Source: Candidatus Poribacteria bacterium
GTDB taxonomy: Bacteria; Poribacteria; WGA-4E; WGA-3G
Assembly: GCA_963663765.2 (NCBI GenBank)
Contig: CAXXUA010000004.1
Span: 32,001-96,000 of the forward strand
Reading direction: 5' to 3'
Length of the DNA: 64,000 nt
The notes under the pieces were generated by a model. It did no database searches. It was not told the DNA's origin and worked only from the letters and a program-made list of their open reading frames with translations. The translations under genes were made by a program, and so were the position numbers. This document shows, in pieces, positions 19,081-29,019 of the stretch; the stretch's first letter is position 1; each line of letters begins with the position of its first letter.

Positions 19081-20193
19081 TTATTTACTAAGTTTTTCAA
19101 TTAGAGCATCAATTTTCTTCTCTAATTTTTCAACTTTTTTCGTCAGTTTATCAATTGCATCAGAGGCATTAGACTTATTTGAAGACACGATCGAACCTCT
19201 TTTCAAGACCTTTATGTCTGCTTTATCCCCTAAATCTATAATAGGAATCAACGCAGAAGGATTTTCCTTGACAATTTCTTTTATCTTCTCAGCCAATTGA
19301 TCTACGTCGAGGTCTTCATCCTTGGCAAGTTCTGCAATATCCTTCGCGAATTCTGTAAGTCCTTTGGTTTTCTTGACATCACTTGCGACAATCACTGTAA
19401 CATTGTCGTCGTCAGAAACGATGACGTTTTCTAATTTACTATCTTTCAACAACTTCTTCAATTTCTCAGTTAACTGATCTTCAACAAGGTTTTCCTCCTT
19501 AGTGAGTTCAGTAATTTTCTTCATTAACCCCGTTAGATCTTTCTCATTTTTGATGACTTTGGTGACAACGATTGGTTCAGATGTAATGACTTTTACATTA
19601 TCATTGTCAATATCAAAGATTGAATGTAAATCAAGATTCTTCACCAATTCCTTTATCTTTTTTTCCAAAGATGCATCATCAAGACTTTCATCCTTGATGA
19701 GATCCTTGATTTTTTCCACGAATTCCTGCAATTTCTCTGGATTTGTAAGAACTTTAGATACATCAGTTGAAGTTTTTACTTCAACTTTTACATCTTCAAT
19801 GTTCTCTAAGTTCTTTAACATCTTAGAAAGTTTTTCTTTAAGCTTTTTTTCGTCAAGTAACTCATCTTCTGAAAGCTCTTTAAGTCCTTCCATAGACTCT
19901 GTTAACTTGTCCAAGACTTTTTGAACATTTTTATCAACCTCTTTCTTTTCTTCATCAGTAAGGTCTTCATAGGATTTAGTTTCTTTCTTTTCTGGAGTGG
20001 TTTTAGTATCAGCATTTGCTTCAGTGTCAGCATTTGCTTCAGTGTCAGCATTTGCTTCAGTGTCAGCATTTGCTTCAGTGTCAGCATTTGCTTCAGTGTC
20101 AGCATTTGCTTCAGTGTCAGCATTTACTACTAACAAAGCCATTCCAAACGATAAGAAAAATGTGAGAATAAAAACTAAGCATTTAACATTCAT
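19081..20193 (-). CDS. Secreted Lys/Glu-rich coiled-coil hypothetical protein with DTEANA repeats
   Basis: Signal peptide, AGGAG RBS, internal repeated helical units; no recognised family. Confidence 0.7.
   Translation of the reverse strand: MNVKCLVFILTFFLSFGMALLVVNADTEANADTEANADTEANADTEANADTEANADTEANADTKTTPEKKETKSYEDLTDEEKKEVDKNVQKVLDKLTESMEGLKELSEDELLDEKKLKEKLSKMLKNLENIEDVKVEVKTSTDVSKVLTNPEKLQEFVEKIKDLIKDESLDDASLEKKIKELVKNLDLHSIFDIDNDNVKVITSEPIVVTKVIKNEKDLTGLMKKITELTKEENLVEDQLTEKLKKLLKDSKLENVIVSDDDNVTVIVASDVKKTKGLTEFAKDIAELAKDEDLDVDQLAEKIKEIVKENPSALIPIIDLGDKADIKVLKRGSIVSSNKSNASDAIDKLTKKVEKLEKKIDALIEKLSK
20008..20124 (-). repeat. 18-bp coding tandem repeat (~6.5 copies, ADTEAN)
   Basis: TCAGCATTTGCTTCAGTG repeated perfectly. 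Confidence 0.95.
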
Positions 20194-20348
20194 TTTAATC
20201 TCCTAATCTATTACATGAAAAATATATTTAATACATAACTTTCCAATAGTTGGTCCGATTAAGAACATTTTATAAGAAAATTATTCTAATGAATATCTAT
20301 ATCTTGTTTTATACACCAAATAGTGTAAAAAGTTCCATTAATTAATTA

Positions 20349-21428
20349 TTATTTAAATTTGTTGTCAAAAACTAATTCTTGAATCTTATCTACAGCTTTT
20401 TCTGTATCTTGAAGTTGGTTATTCGGCGTTTTGCAGTTTAGTTCTTTGATTATTCGTTTTTCTAATTCCATAAGTTTGCACTGGTTTACAATTGAATGAT
20501 TTTCCATATATTCATAGATGCTATACCTTTTTGGTAGTTTCTTTCTTTTTTGAGTAAGCGATAGAACGATCACTTTCCTGCCACTACTTGCTGCTTCACA
20601 TACCATAGAAAAACTATCCGCACTGACAATCAGTAGTTCACTCATAGCAAGTATTGCTTGATATGGATCGTCAAGTTCAGAAGGTGTGTCAGGTTCAACA
20701 AAGAGCGGACACCACTCAGCATCTTCTAATTTTGACTTCAAGTAAGAATTTACTACTAAAGGAGTTCTGCGGGAGGTGGTCATCAAAAAATGAATTTGCA
20801 TTTTTTCAGCAACCGTTTTGCAAATATTCCACAGTGGTTCCGCATCTTCAATTGTAATAGTTTCGTGTTTGTCAGTTCCCCCAATTAATACACCTATACA
20901 TTTGTCCTTATGCAGATTCAAAGTTTGTAGAAGATCGTCTTTTACAGTATCAAGTGCATCCGGTGAAATTGGGTTTGGAACACCAATTGTTTGAATAATA
21001 TTTTCTCGTGTATATGCTTTATCGGAATAGAGTTTTGGTATGATAGCAAGGTCAAAATGTCGTATACCGATTGGTGATGGTCTTAGACAGGTGACCGATT
21101 TGGCATTAAGGGTTTTGCACAGAAGTAAGTTAATTGCTCCTAATGATGATCCTGTTGATAGAATTATGTCGATCCCTTTGACTTTTAATAATGTGTTGTA
21201 TGAATGGGGAGTCAGGCACCACTTAAACAATTTGTGGATAAAGCCGGAAGAAAATGATATTCCTTGAAAAACAGACATGAATAATCGTAATAAATTATCG
21301 CGCCATTTTGCTCGAAATTCAATATCAACCCATTCCACACTACAATCAGGTATTTTTTGTAGTATACCTAACGATTGTTTATAATGACCAGGTTTTTTGT
21401 CACTTAAGACAAGTATTGTGATACTCAC
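20349..21428 (-). CDS. ELM1/GtrOC1 family putative nucleoside-diphosphate-sugar epimerase/glycosyltransferase
   Basis: ILVLSDKKPGH..QSLG, FDLAIIP, VLIGG, TTSRRTP, VSADSFSMVCEAASSG. Confidence 0.85.
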   Translation of the reverse strand: MSITILVLSDKKPGHYKQSLGILQKIPDCSVEWVDIEFRAKWRDNLLRLFMSVFQGISFSSGFIHKLFKWCLTPHSYNTLLKVKGIDIILSTGSSLGAINLLLCKTLNAKSVTCLRPSPIGIRHFDLAIIPKLYSDKAYTRENIIQTIGVPNPISPDALDTVKDDLLQTLNLHKDKCIGVLIGGTDKHETITIEDAEPLWNICKTVAEKMQIHFLMTTSRRTPLVVNSYLKSKLEDAEWCPLFVEPDTPSELDDPYQAILAMSELLIVSADSFSMVCEAASSGRKVIVLSLTQKRKKLPKRYSIYEYMENHSIVNQCKLMELEKRIIKELNCKTPNNQLQDTEKAVDKIQELVFDNKFK

Positions 21429-21559
21429 GACGACTAAAGTTATGTGCTTCTTTGAAACTCATAACTCTCCTCTGTGTGATTCCTGCTTCCGTCTCTCGTG
21501 CCTCTATCCTGAACTGCGTGAGGTCTTATTCGGACTCCACAAGCGTTTATGCTCTCTGT

Positions 21560-22635
21560 CTATCCGAAAGCGAGGGTTCTTAGGTTGATTGCAGCATTTA
21601 TGTCTCTATCTATTTGATAGTCGCATTGACTGCAATGATACGTTCTCTCTGATAGCGTCAAATCATCTTTCTTGTGTCTACAACGACTACAAGTTTTACT
21701 TGAAGCATAGAATTGCGGTGCTTGTAATACAGGTATTCCGAAAGCATCTGCTTTCGTTTTTAGCTTATTGAGAAACCCACCTAACGCTGAATCCGATAAT
21801 GCCTTCGCGAGTTTTCTATTCTTTAGCATGTTCGTTATTTTTAGTGTCTCAATGCTGATAGTAGATGCAAGGTTGACGATCTCTGTAGTTGCTTTGTGGT
21901 GTGCATCATTTCGGATACAAGCGATACGATAGTGGATACGTTCTAACTTGTGTTTCTGCTTGAACCAGTTTTTTGACTTGAAAACACGCCGACTCAACTT
22001 GCGTTGTTCCCTCTTTAGTTTTCTCTCATAGCGTTTCAGAGGTCTTGGATTCTCATATTTCGTGCCATTACTCAAGGTGGCAAGTGTGTTGATGCCTAGA
22101 TCTATACCGATAACAGGGTGCGTTGAATTGTCAACGACTTCGGTGTCCTCTGTTTCTACAGTGATAGATATAAACCAACGATGTGCTGTCCTTGAAATCG
22201 TCACGCTGGTAATCTTCCCTACAAAACGCAATGCTTGACGCATTTTGACCCAACCAACCTTAGGCAACCGGACCTTCTTGCCTTCAACTTTCACAGATTG
22301 TACGTCTGTTGTCCATGTGTCCCGAATCCCACGCTTTTTGAATCGAGGAAACCTCGCACGTTTGCTAACCCAATTCGTAATCGCTTGACCCAAATTCTTG
22401 ATCGCATACAACGCAGCTCTTTGGTCTTGTGAACGTGTCCACTCATAACGCTTTTTCGCTTTGTTGAAGTTGTTATTAAGGGTGCGCCACGACTGGAAGT
22501 TATCATTATCTAATCCTACATTAAATCTGACAACGGTTGATTATACGCAAAACGAGCATAACCACATTGTTGGGAAAACCATGTGCGTTGTTTGTTGTTC
22601 GGATTCAATGTAATCTTGTGTGTTTTGTAGGGCAT
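21560..22635 (-). pseudogene. tnpB: Frameshifted TnpB (RNA-guided endonuclease)
   Basis: HTH N-terminus MPYKTHKITLNPN (ATG 22635) is split by frameshifts from the RuvC/Zn-finger part (IGIDLG, IETL, CxxC..CxxC, DRDINAAINL). Confidence 0.85.
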
Positions 22636-22655
22636 ACCTGACTCCTGATAAGATG

Positions 22656-22709
22656 CTGACCCCCTCGTCAAAGGTGTGGCAGGTGTTGACGCACCTACCA
22701 CAGAGTCAG
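22656..22709 (-). promoter_or_regulatory. Structured 5' leader of tnpB copy 1 (three-way junction with loop-loop pairing)
   Basis: CTGACTC/GGGTCAG stem, TGTGGTAGGTG/CACCTGCCACA stem with loop CGTCAA complementary to downstream TTGACG; lies between a TTGATA-N18-TATAAT promoter (22717-22746) and the CAGGAG RBS. Confidence 0.65.
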
Positions 22710-22762
22710 TCTTATTATTATACCACAACTTTAGGGAAAATATCAAGCGTTTTTTGACCCGA

Positions 22763-23149
22763 GGGTGGGTAAAGTTTTTGTAGAAACCCTATTATTATAG
22801 TGGATTTTAGAATTATTTTTTGCACTATCAGGTGTAGGAGGGAACTCCGATTCCCGACTATCAAGGCGTTCAGTCGCGATTCGGAGATCGAAATCAAGTA
22901 ATCAACGGTATGAATACCTTATGGTATTCCCCGGGTATGAATGCCTATTGGCATTCCCCGCCTACAGAAAAAGTGTAAACTTAATTGTATATTTCACTAT
23001 AAAAGAAGTATCTAAAGTTTCTATCAAAGTTTGCTTCACGTAAGGGAACTGTGGACATCGTAGGGGCGAGGTTTCCTCGCCTGCGTAATACCTTTGCTCG
23101 GGCAGGGAGTCCCCGCCCCTACACACAGTAACCAAAACTTTACACACCC
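22763..23149. mobile_element. MITE with GGGTG(T/G)GTAAAGTTTT TIRs and 9-bp TSD TTGACCCGA; nested cargo
   Basis: TSD at 22754-22762 and 23150-23158; interior holds a TATAGTG...CACTATA-bounded element (22796-23001) and two REP doublets. Confidence 0.85.
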
Positions 23150-23259
23150 TTGACCCGAAGCTAAAGGCTTGGGATTGTCATTTAATTCCCTTCATCTGTT
23201 TTTTCGGACTAATATGGATATTGATTACTACATATCTTGAATTGAGGGTTGCAAATTAT

Positions 23260-23382
23260 CAGGACTTACGCAGTTTTCTTGATTTAATCATAAATTATGA
23301 CGAAAATGATGCCGTTATCAGCGTTTTTATGGGTTTCCGGCGCGCTTACAAAGCACGCCTACCGTTGTGTGCGTAAGTCCTG
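23260..23382. mobile_element. 123-bp MITE, TIR CAGGACTTACGCA, 5-bp TSD ATTAT
   Basis: Perfect 13-bp TIRs; near-identical to 45947-46069; carries the REP GGCGCGCTTACAAAGCACGCCTAC. Confidence 0.9.
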
Positions 23383-24126
23383 ATTATATTCGATCAGTTC
23401 TGTAATACCTTCATCATCTTCTATTCTTACAATGCCAATATTTGGAACAAACCAAATCAACTTAGTATCAATAACTGTTTCCTCATTTGATAAAACTAAA
23501 TGAGTTATATCTGTTTCATATTGTATCTGAAATGCATTCTCAAATGTTCCTGCAGATGTATGAATAACATTTTGATCAAGCACTTTACAATGAACGTTAA
23601 TATGGACATCAAACGCAAACTGAAGAAGAACAAGGTCCTGCAAAATGAGGTTACCGGTGATATTAGTATTTAATGCATCCCATTGAGAATTCAGTGTTAA
23701 AGGAGTATGCAAAAAAAGGAGTTCAGGGTACAACTCTGTATCAGAATTCACACTTATTTCTAATCCTGTGAATTCATCCTCAACAACTTTTGGCAGTCCA
23801 TTTTGAAGATAATTATTAATTCTTTCATCTACTCTGAAAAAAACCTGATTCTGAGTAACACGAAAAGAGGAAGGGATAAGAATATCCAATTCGTTACCAG
23901 TCATTTCTGGTATAAAATCAATTTTCTGAAATAAGATGTTGTTTGTAGTTATATCATCTGCGACTGACCACGTCCATAGCAACTCATCAGGAGTTTGATA
24001 GACCCATCTCGTTCCAACTGCATCGGGGAAGTAGTTTGGTTTAAATTCAGTAGGTTCAGGATCCTTATCAGAACTGCATGCAACAAACATTGTAATGCAG
24101 TATATCGTTAAAAGAAAAAACCTCAT
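23359..24126 (-). CDS. Hypothetical lipoprotein (stop codon supplied by a MITE)
   Basis: Lipobox FVAC; NYFP..VG.RWVY, T.AGTF, WFVPNIGIVR beta-barrel-type motifs. Confidence 0.75.
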   Translation of the reverse strand: MRFFLLTIYCITMFVACSSDKDPEPTEFKPNYFPDAVGTRWVYQTPDELLWTWSVADDITTNNILFQKIDFIPEMTGNELDILIPSSFRVTQNQVFFRVDERINNYLQNGLPKVVEDEFTGLEISVNSDTELYPELLFLHTPLTLNSQWDALNTNITGNLILQDLVLLQFAFDVHINVHCKVLDQNVIHTSAGTFENAFQIQYETDITHLVLSNEETVIDTKLIWFVPNIGIVRIEDDEGITELIEYNQDLRTQR

Positions 24127-24182
24127 TTTATGCCTTGATGAATTGAGATTATTATAGGAATGCTATGACGGTGAACAAGTGA

Positions 24183-24212
24183 TTATAGGCGCGGGTTGAG
24201 ACGCGCCTATAA
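24183..24212. terminator. Hairpin downstream of redoxin gene
   Basis: ATTATAGGCGCG...CGCGCCTATAAT inverted repeat. Confidence 0.5.
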
Positions 24213-24223
24213 TTGGCAATATA

Positions 24224-25549
24224 CTATTCTGCTGATTCTTCCTTCAAAGCTTCAGCAACCAATTTCTCTAAATTACTCCTTGCATTATTTGAGATCAGTT
24301 TACCCTCTTTGTCTATGAGCCACACTGTCGGAATCCCAAAAATACCATACTTTCGTGATACAGGACTATTCCAACCTTTACCGCTATAGACTTGTCTCCA
24401 AGCAATATCGTTCTTTTTGAGATATTCCCTGAGTTTAGTTTCATCAGAATCAAGACTAATACCAACGATATCAAACCCTTTGTCTTTGTAGGTATCATAT
24501 ACCTTTTTAACTTTAGGCATGTCTGCGATGCAGGGACCACACCAAGTCGCCCAGAAATCAACTAAGAGAACTTTACCGCGATATGCTTCAATGGATATCG
24601 GTTTTCCTTCAAGATCTGTTGCTTCAAAATCGGGAACCATTTTGCCAAGAAACGCCAACCCAGGAACATACTTTTTACGGTATTCTAAAGCCAATTCATC
24701 GTTACCACGTTGCTTATGAATACTCTCAAGCCTTTGTAGGACAAAACGATTTTGGGGTTCATGTTTTTCAAGTTCTTGAAATAGTTGTAGTTCTTCATCA
24801 AACCGATTCAATGCTTTAAGCATATCTCCTAACACGGCACCATGATAATAGTTCTTAGGATCCATCTGTGATTTGAATCGCTTCATCAAGTTCTCAGCAT
24901 CTTCCATGCGTTCTGCTTTCATATAGAGTTGATGAAGCGTAGCATAGAGTCTATAAACCCGTTGAATATCGGTCTTTTTCTTTAATACCTTATCCAATGC
25001 TTGAATTGCAGGTTCAACACCACCATATACTTTTTCAAGTGAATTCTGCCATGAATATGGTGCGCGATACACTTTGTTTTCAAAACTCAGACTTAACATT
25101 GAATAAGAGGGGTTATTATTTTCATTATGATGTATACAACGTACAAGAGGCGTTACATCACCTAACAAATCACGTGCACTCATGACTGAATTCCGCAATT
25201 GTGGTGCTAACTGATAGTCATAACTCACAGGTTTATTTGGATCTTTTGTGAGTGGATGTAAGGTTTTTCCTCCATTCTTGTCTGCAGGACACAACAGAAC
25301 TTTCTCGTCTGCTAAGTATTTTGGAACAAGGTCTGATAACCATTTAGGATAATCACCATGTTCCTTATGGTAGGCTTGAATTGCTTTGCCTACTGTTTCC
25401 AGATTGTGTGTACAAATCTCTATGTTCTTCTTTTTCATGTTCTTTTTTTCTACTGGATCAACGTCTGAACTTTTATCAGAATCGTCTTCCGCATATACAG
25501 AAGGAATCATCAAACACAACAGAATTCCAATGGTTAGAATGACTTTCAT
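24224..25549 (-). CDS. Exported TlpA/redoxin-domain protein with TPR-like region
   Basis: Signal peptide; C-terminal GKVLLVDFWATWCGPC...GIPTVWLIDKEGK thioredoxin fold. Confidence 0.88.
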   Translation of the reverse strand: MKVILTIGILLCLMIPSVYAEDDSDKSSDVDPVEKKNMKKKNIEICTHNLETVGKAIQAYHKEHGDYPKWLSDLVPKYLADEKVLLCPADKNGGKTLHPLTKDPNKPVSYDYQLAPQLRNSVMSARDLLGDVTPLVRCIHHNENNNPSYSMLSLSFENKVYRAPYSWQNSLEKVYGGVEPAIQALDKVLKKKTDIQRVYRLYATLHQLYMKAERMEDAENLMKRFKSQMDPKNYYHGAVLGDMLKALNRFDEELQLFQELEKHEPQNRFVLQRLESIHKQRGNDELALEYRKKYVPGLAFLGKMVPDFEATDLEGKPISIEAYRGKVLLVDFWATWCGPCIADMPKVKKVYDTYKDKGFDIVGISLDSDETKLREYLKKNDIAWRQVYSGKGWNSPVSRKYGIFGIPTVWLIDKEGKLISNNARSNLEKLVAEALKEESAE

Positions 25550-25660
25550 TTTTATCTCCTTGTTGAGTTAATTGAATATTTTATTGTTAACGTTAGTTTT
25601 TTATAGTCAAATTTATATAATTATGTTCGGTGATGAAAACGCACCTACCAGAGTTTTTGG

Positions 25661-27004
25661 TTATAGTAATAGTTCACGAACATAAACTGCGATAAAGAAT
25701 ACTGCGAAATAGTGGACGAGAGGATTCACCTCTTTCCTACGTCCAGTGACAAGCTTTAAAAATGACATAGAAATAAAACCGAATGCGATTCCTTCTGTAA
25801 TACTGAAAGCAAGAGGCATCATTAATACAGTCAAAGCAGCGGGTATTGCTTCAGTGAAATCTTCCCAATTTATGTTGATAAGGTCTTTAAGCATCAACCC
25901 ACCCACAACAACTAATGCGGGACCAATTATAGGATAAAGTGGAATTGGACTTCCTTGTTGTATAAATCCACCCCCAACAATTTTTGCTAAAGGTGTAAAA
26001 AACATTGCACACAACATGAGCAGACCTGTAACAATTGCAGTCAATCCTGTTCGTCCCCCCTCAGCAATGCCAGAAGCACTTTCAATATAACACGTAACTG
26101 TTGAGGTGCCAAGACATGCCCCACCTACGGAACCAACTGCATCTGACAAAAGTGCTTGTCTGCCTTTTGATAATTTTCCATCCTCCATCAAGTCTGCCTC
26201 ATAACCAGTAGCAGTTAGTGTGCCGATGCTATCAAACATATCCACTGCAAAGAAGAAAAATATATAAGGTATAAGTTCCATCAACTTTGAAGGACTTGGG
26301 AACCGTAATTTTAGAAAAGTAGGTTCGATTGAGGAAGGCATAGAAACAATACCCTCAAATTTTGCAATTCCAAAAATAAGTGCGACAATTCCAGTTGCAA
26401 GTATCCCCATCAACATAGCACCCTTCACCCGGTGTGCCATCAATGTAATTATTACTAACAATCCGAAAATTGAGACCAAGACAGGTTTAGATTGGATATT
26501 TCCAAGTTTTACAAATGTATCCGGATCTGCAGTGATAATCCCACACATCCGTAAACCGATAAACGCGATAAAAACGCCAATTCCTACAGCAATAGCGTTT
26601 TGGAGTGAAGATGGCAGTGCATTCATAACTGCAGCACGTAAACCGACGAAGGAAAGAATGACAAACAGCATTCCCGATATGAAAACAATACCTAAAGCGA
26701 ATTGCCAGTCAAGACCAAGTCCACGTTCTTTTGATACAATCTCATAAACAAAATATGTATTTATTCCCATACCCGGTGCAAGTGCAACCGGATAGTTCGC
26801 AAGAAATGCCATCAAAAAAGTTGCAAAAGCACTTGAGACACATGTTGCAACCAATACAGCATCTGGATCCATACCTGCTTGACCCAGAAAATAAGGTTGT
26901 ACAAAGATAATATATGAAAGTGTCATAAAGGTTGTACAACCTGCGACAATCTCTCTTCGTATACTTGTCCCGTGTTCTTTTAAACGAAATAATTTTTCTA
27001 ACAC
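25661..27004 (-). CDS. NCS2 family (AzgA/PbuG-like) purine permease
   Basis: REIVAG.TTFMTLSYIIFVQP, APGMG.N, DMFDSIGTL, YIESASG..EGGRTGLT. Confidence 0.92.
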   Translation of the reverse strand: MLEKLFRLKEHGTSIRREIVAGCTTFMTLSYIIFVQPYFLGQAGMDPDAVLVATCVSSAFATFLMAFLANYPVALAPGMGINTYFVYEIVSKERGLGLDWQFALGIVFISGMLFVILSFVGLRAAVMNALPSSLQNAIAVGIGVFIAFIGLRMCGIITADPDTFVKLGNIQSKPVLVSIFGLLVIITLMAHRVKGAMLMGILATGIVALIFGIAKFEGIVSMPSSIEPTFLKLRFPSPSKLMELIPYIFFFFAVDMFDSIGTLTATGYEADLMEDGKLSKGRQALLSDAVGSVGGACLGTSTVTCYIESASGIAEGGRTGLTAIVTGLLMLCAMFFTPLAKIVGGGFIQQGSPIPLYPIIGPALVVVGGLMLKDLININWEDFTEAIPAALTVLMMPLAFSITEGIAFGFISMSFLKLVTGRRKEVNPLVHYFAVFFIAVYVRELLL

Positions 27005-27166
27005 AATTCCCCCTAAAATATGAATCGCTAATTACAATTAACAATCAATCATGTCTTGAAAATACACATATTATCCAAATACTCTATCAAGTAACTAGGA
27101 ATTTAAAACCTACATTAGTATATTTCTATTCATAGATATAACCCAGATTAGCATGCTTGTCAAGTA

Positions 27167-28795
27167 CTACTTGTCTAAAACAATATGTACTTCCGCATTC
27201 GCACCCTCTTCACCAACAAATAGATTTGCGGTTATCGGTCCAAGTGACTCCAATGGAAATAGATTATCTTGGATTTGCTGCATTAATTGAGCATCCAGTT
27301 TTATACCAGAAAATGATGCAAGAATCGTAACTAATGGGATGAACCTTTTTATTTCAGGTACTAACAGTTGCGGTTGAACATAAGTCTGAATACCATTAGA
27401 CGCAAATGTTATGTCTTCTAAATTAGGAGAGTCTCCAGAATTCGTATCAAGTACAGTTTTTAACCCATCCAATGTCGTACTTAAAAATAGATCGTTATTC
27501 ACAATTGCATAAGCACCAGTATACGACATTAGGATATTTAAACGCATTCGAAGAGGATGTAAAGAAATTCCTTTATAGTTTTGCACTTCAAGGAACTCAA
27601 TAGGCCTTCCCGCAACAGAAAATTTTGTGTTATTAAGTTTTTTTATGTTTTCATCAAGAGATTTTATGTTTTGAATTGGGGTATGTATCACTAACGAAGG
27701 TAATTTTGACATTTCACCTTCATTACGAGAAACTATAGCAGCAGTCATTTCGGGTTTAAAAATGTCATAAAAACTTACATCATCTGATTCAATTTCAATT
27801 GTTAATAGAGAAGTTAATACTTGCCAAAACTGAGTCCAATTATGCTGTGGATAGAATGCAACTAAAGCGGTATGTTTAGGAATAAATGTTGGTGTGGTTC
27901 GCGGTTTTGAATGTGGGTTTTTTGGTGATTCGTGATTTCCAAACTGATATTTTGAAACTACCGCACCTTCTTCATACCGATTCTCAAATGTCCAAAACTT
28001 TCCTTCGTTAATCATAGAAGATAAATGACCAGAAATATTATCATTTTCATCTGCTAGATGTTTTAACAACACAGAAAAGCGTGGAAGGTCCACATATCCA
28101 GTGTTTGTATTGTCATTATAACTTTTCTGTATATGTTTTTTAATGGAATGTTTAGTAAGAAAACCTTCATTTTTATCATTATATATGTCTATTACTTCTG
28201 CTAAAAGCAAGGGATTAAGGGTTAACACTCCTATTTTTCCGATAAAGGTATAACTAAAATCAAGTGGATATCCAATTATGGTATTGATAGTTAGACCGTT
28301 GTGTTCTGTCTTAATTCGTTTATAGTTAGGGTTTATTAGATCTGTCGCTGTGATTGCTTCAATGGCAAGCTTTTCTGGTCCACCTACTTCTGTAATAAGT
28401 AGAAATGAGAACTCATTTTCACGTTGATAGAGTGCAAGAATTACTTCCTTACCAAAATGACCTTTAACTGCTCGCATATCAAATCTTCCACCCATTTCGT
28501 ATTCCCAGAGCATTTTCTGATATACAATCTGACGCCACCAAAGTTTAGATCCTATTTGCTTGAATATAGGCATCTGTTTGACCTGCTTACCAAATTCACT
28601 CTCATTAAATGCCTTAACAAGTCCATCCAAATCCTTCAATGTCAAATAACATATTGGAGATTCTGGGAGTAATGTGATAAGACTATGTTCAGGTTTCCAA
28701 AGTGAAGTTTGATGATAAACAACAGTTAACAATAGAATGATACCAACCAATACAATTAGTAGGGTGAAGATGAATCTTTTCTTTGACTTTTGCAT
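27167..28795 (-). CDS. Hypothetical membrane-anchored protein (DUF3352-like)
   Basis: N-terminal TM anchor, LLPE...Y pattern, YAIVNNDLFLST; family assignment weak. Confidence 0.55.
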   Translation of the reverse strand: MQKSKKRFIFTLLIVLVGIILLLTVVYHQTSLWKPEHSLITLLPESPICYLTLKDLDGLVKAFNESEFGKQVKQMPIFKQIGSKLWWRQIVYQKMLWEYEMGGRFDMRAVKGHFGKEVILALYQRENEFSFLLITEVGGPEKLAIEAITATDLINPNYKRIKTEHNGLTINTIIGYPLDFSYTFIGKIGVLTLNPLLLAEVIDIYNDKNEGFLTKHSIKKHIQKSYNDNTNTGYVDLPRFSVLLKHLADENDNISGHLSSMINEGKFWTFENRYEEGAVVSKYQFGNHESPKNPHSKPRTTPTFIPKHTALVAFYPQHNWTQFWQVLTSLLTIEIESDDVSFYDIFKPEMTAAIVSRNEGEMSKLPSLVIHTPIQNIKSLDENIKKLNNTKFSVAGRPIEFLEVQNYKGISLHPLRMRLNILMSYTGAYAIVNNDLFLSTTLDGLKTVLDTNSGDSPNLEDITFASNGIQTYVQPQLLVPEIKRFIPLVTILASFSGIKLDAQLMQQIQDNLFPLESLGPITANLFVGEEGANAEVHIVLDK

Positions 28796-29019
28796 AATGG
28801 TAGAAAACAGCTTTTGTGCGTCAATTTGCTATCATCGTTTAGTATAACATTATTATGGATATAATACAATAGGACTTATTTTAAGGCCAGGGTTATTTAG
28901 ATTTCAATTTATTGATATTATTTTGCTGTTTCGTTAATTTTATGGGATACCATCTTGTCTAGTTCTTTAGTCCCGTATGAAGATTAATTTATGAATAGGG
29001 TAATAAATATTTTTCAGAT

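Larger units (their letters stand above)
21418..23180 (-). mobile_element. Degenerate tnpB-only IS200/IS605 (IS1341-like) element; left end interrupted by a MITE
   Basis: Right-end hairpin ...ACTTTAGTCGTCGTGAGTATCAC; left-end hairpin CCCAAGCCTTTAGCTTCGGG; strong similarity to the element at 46995-48416. Left boundary approximate. Confidence 0.7.

Noticed and set aside
28870-28885. TAGGACTTAT as the left TIR matching the MITE right end at 30163
   Set aside because: Only a partial TIR match and no matching 5-bp TSD, so the array cannot be shown to lie inside a complete MITE.
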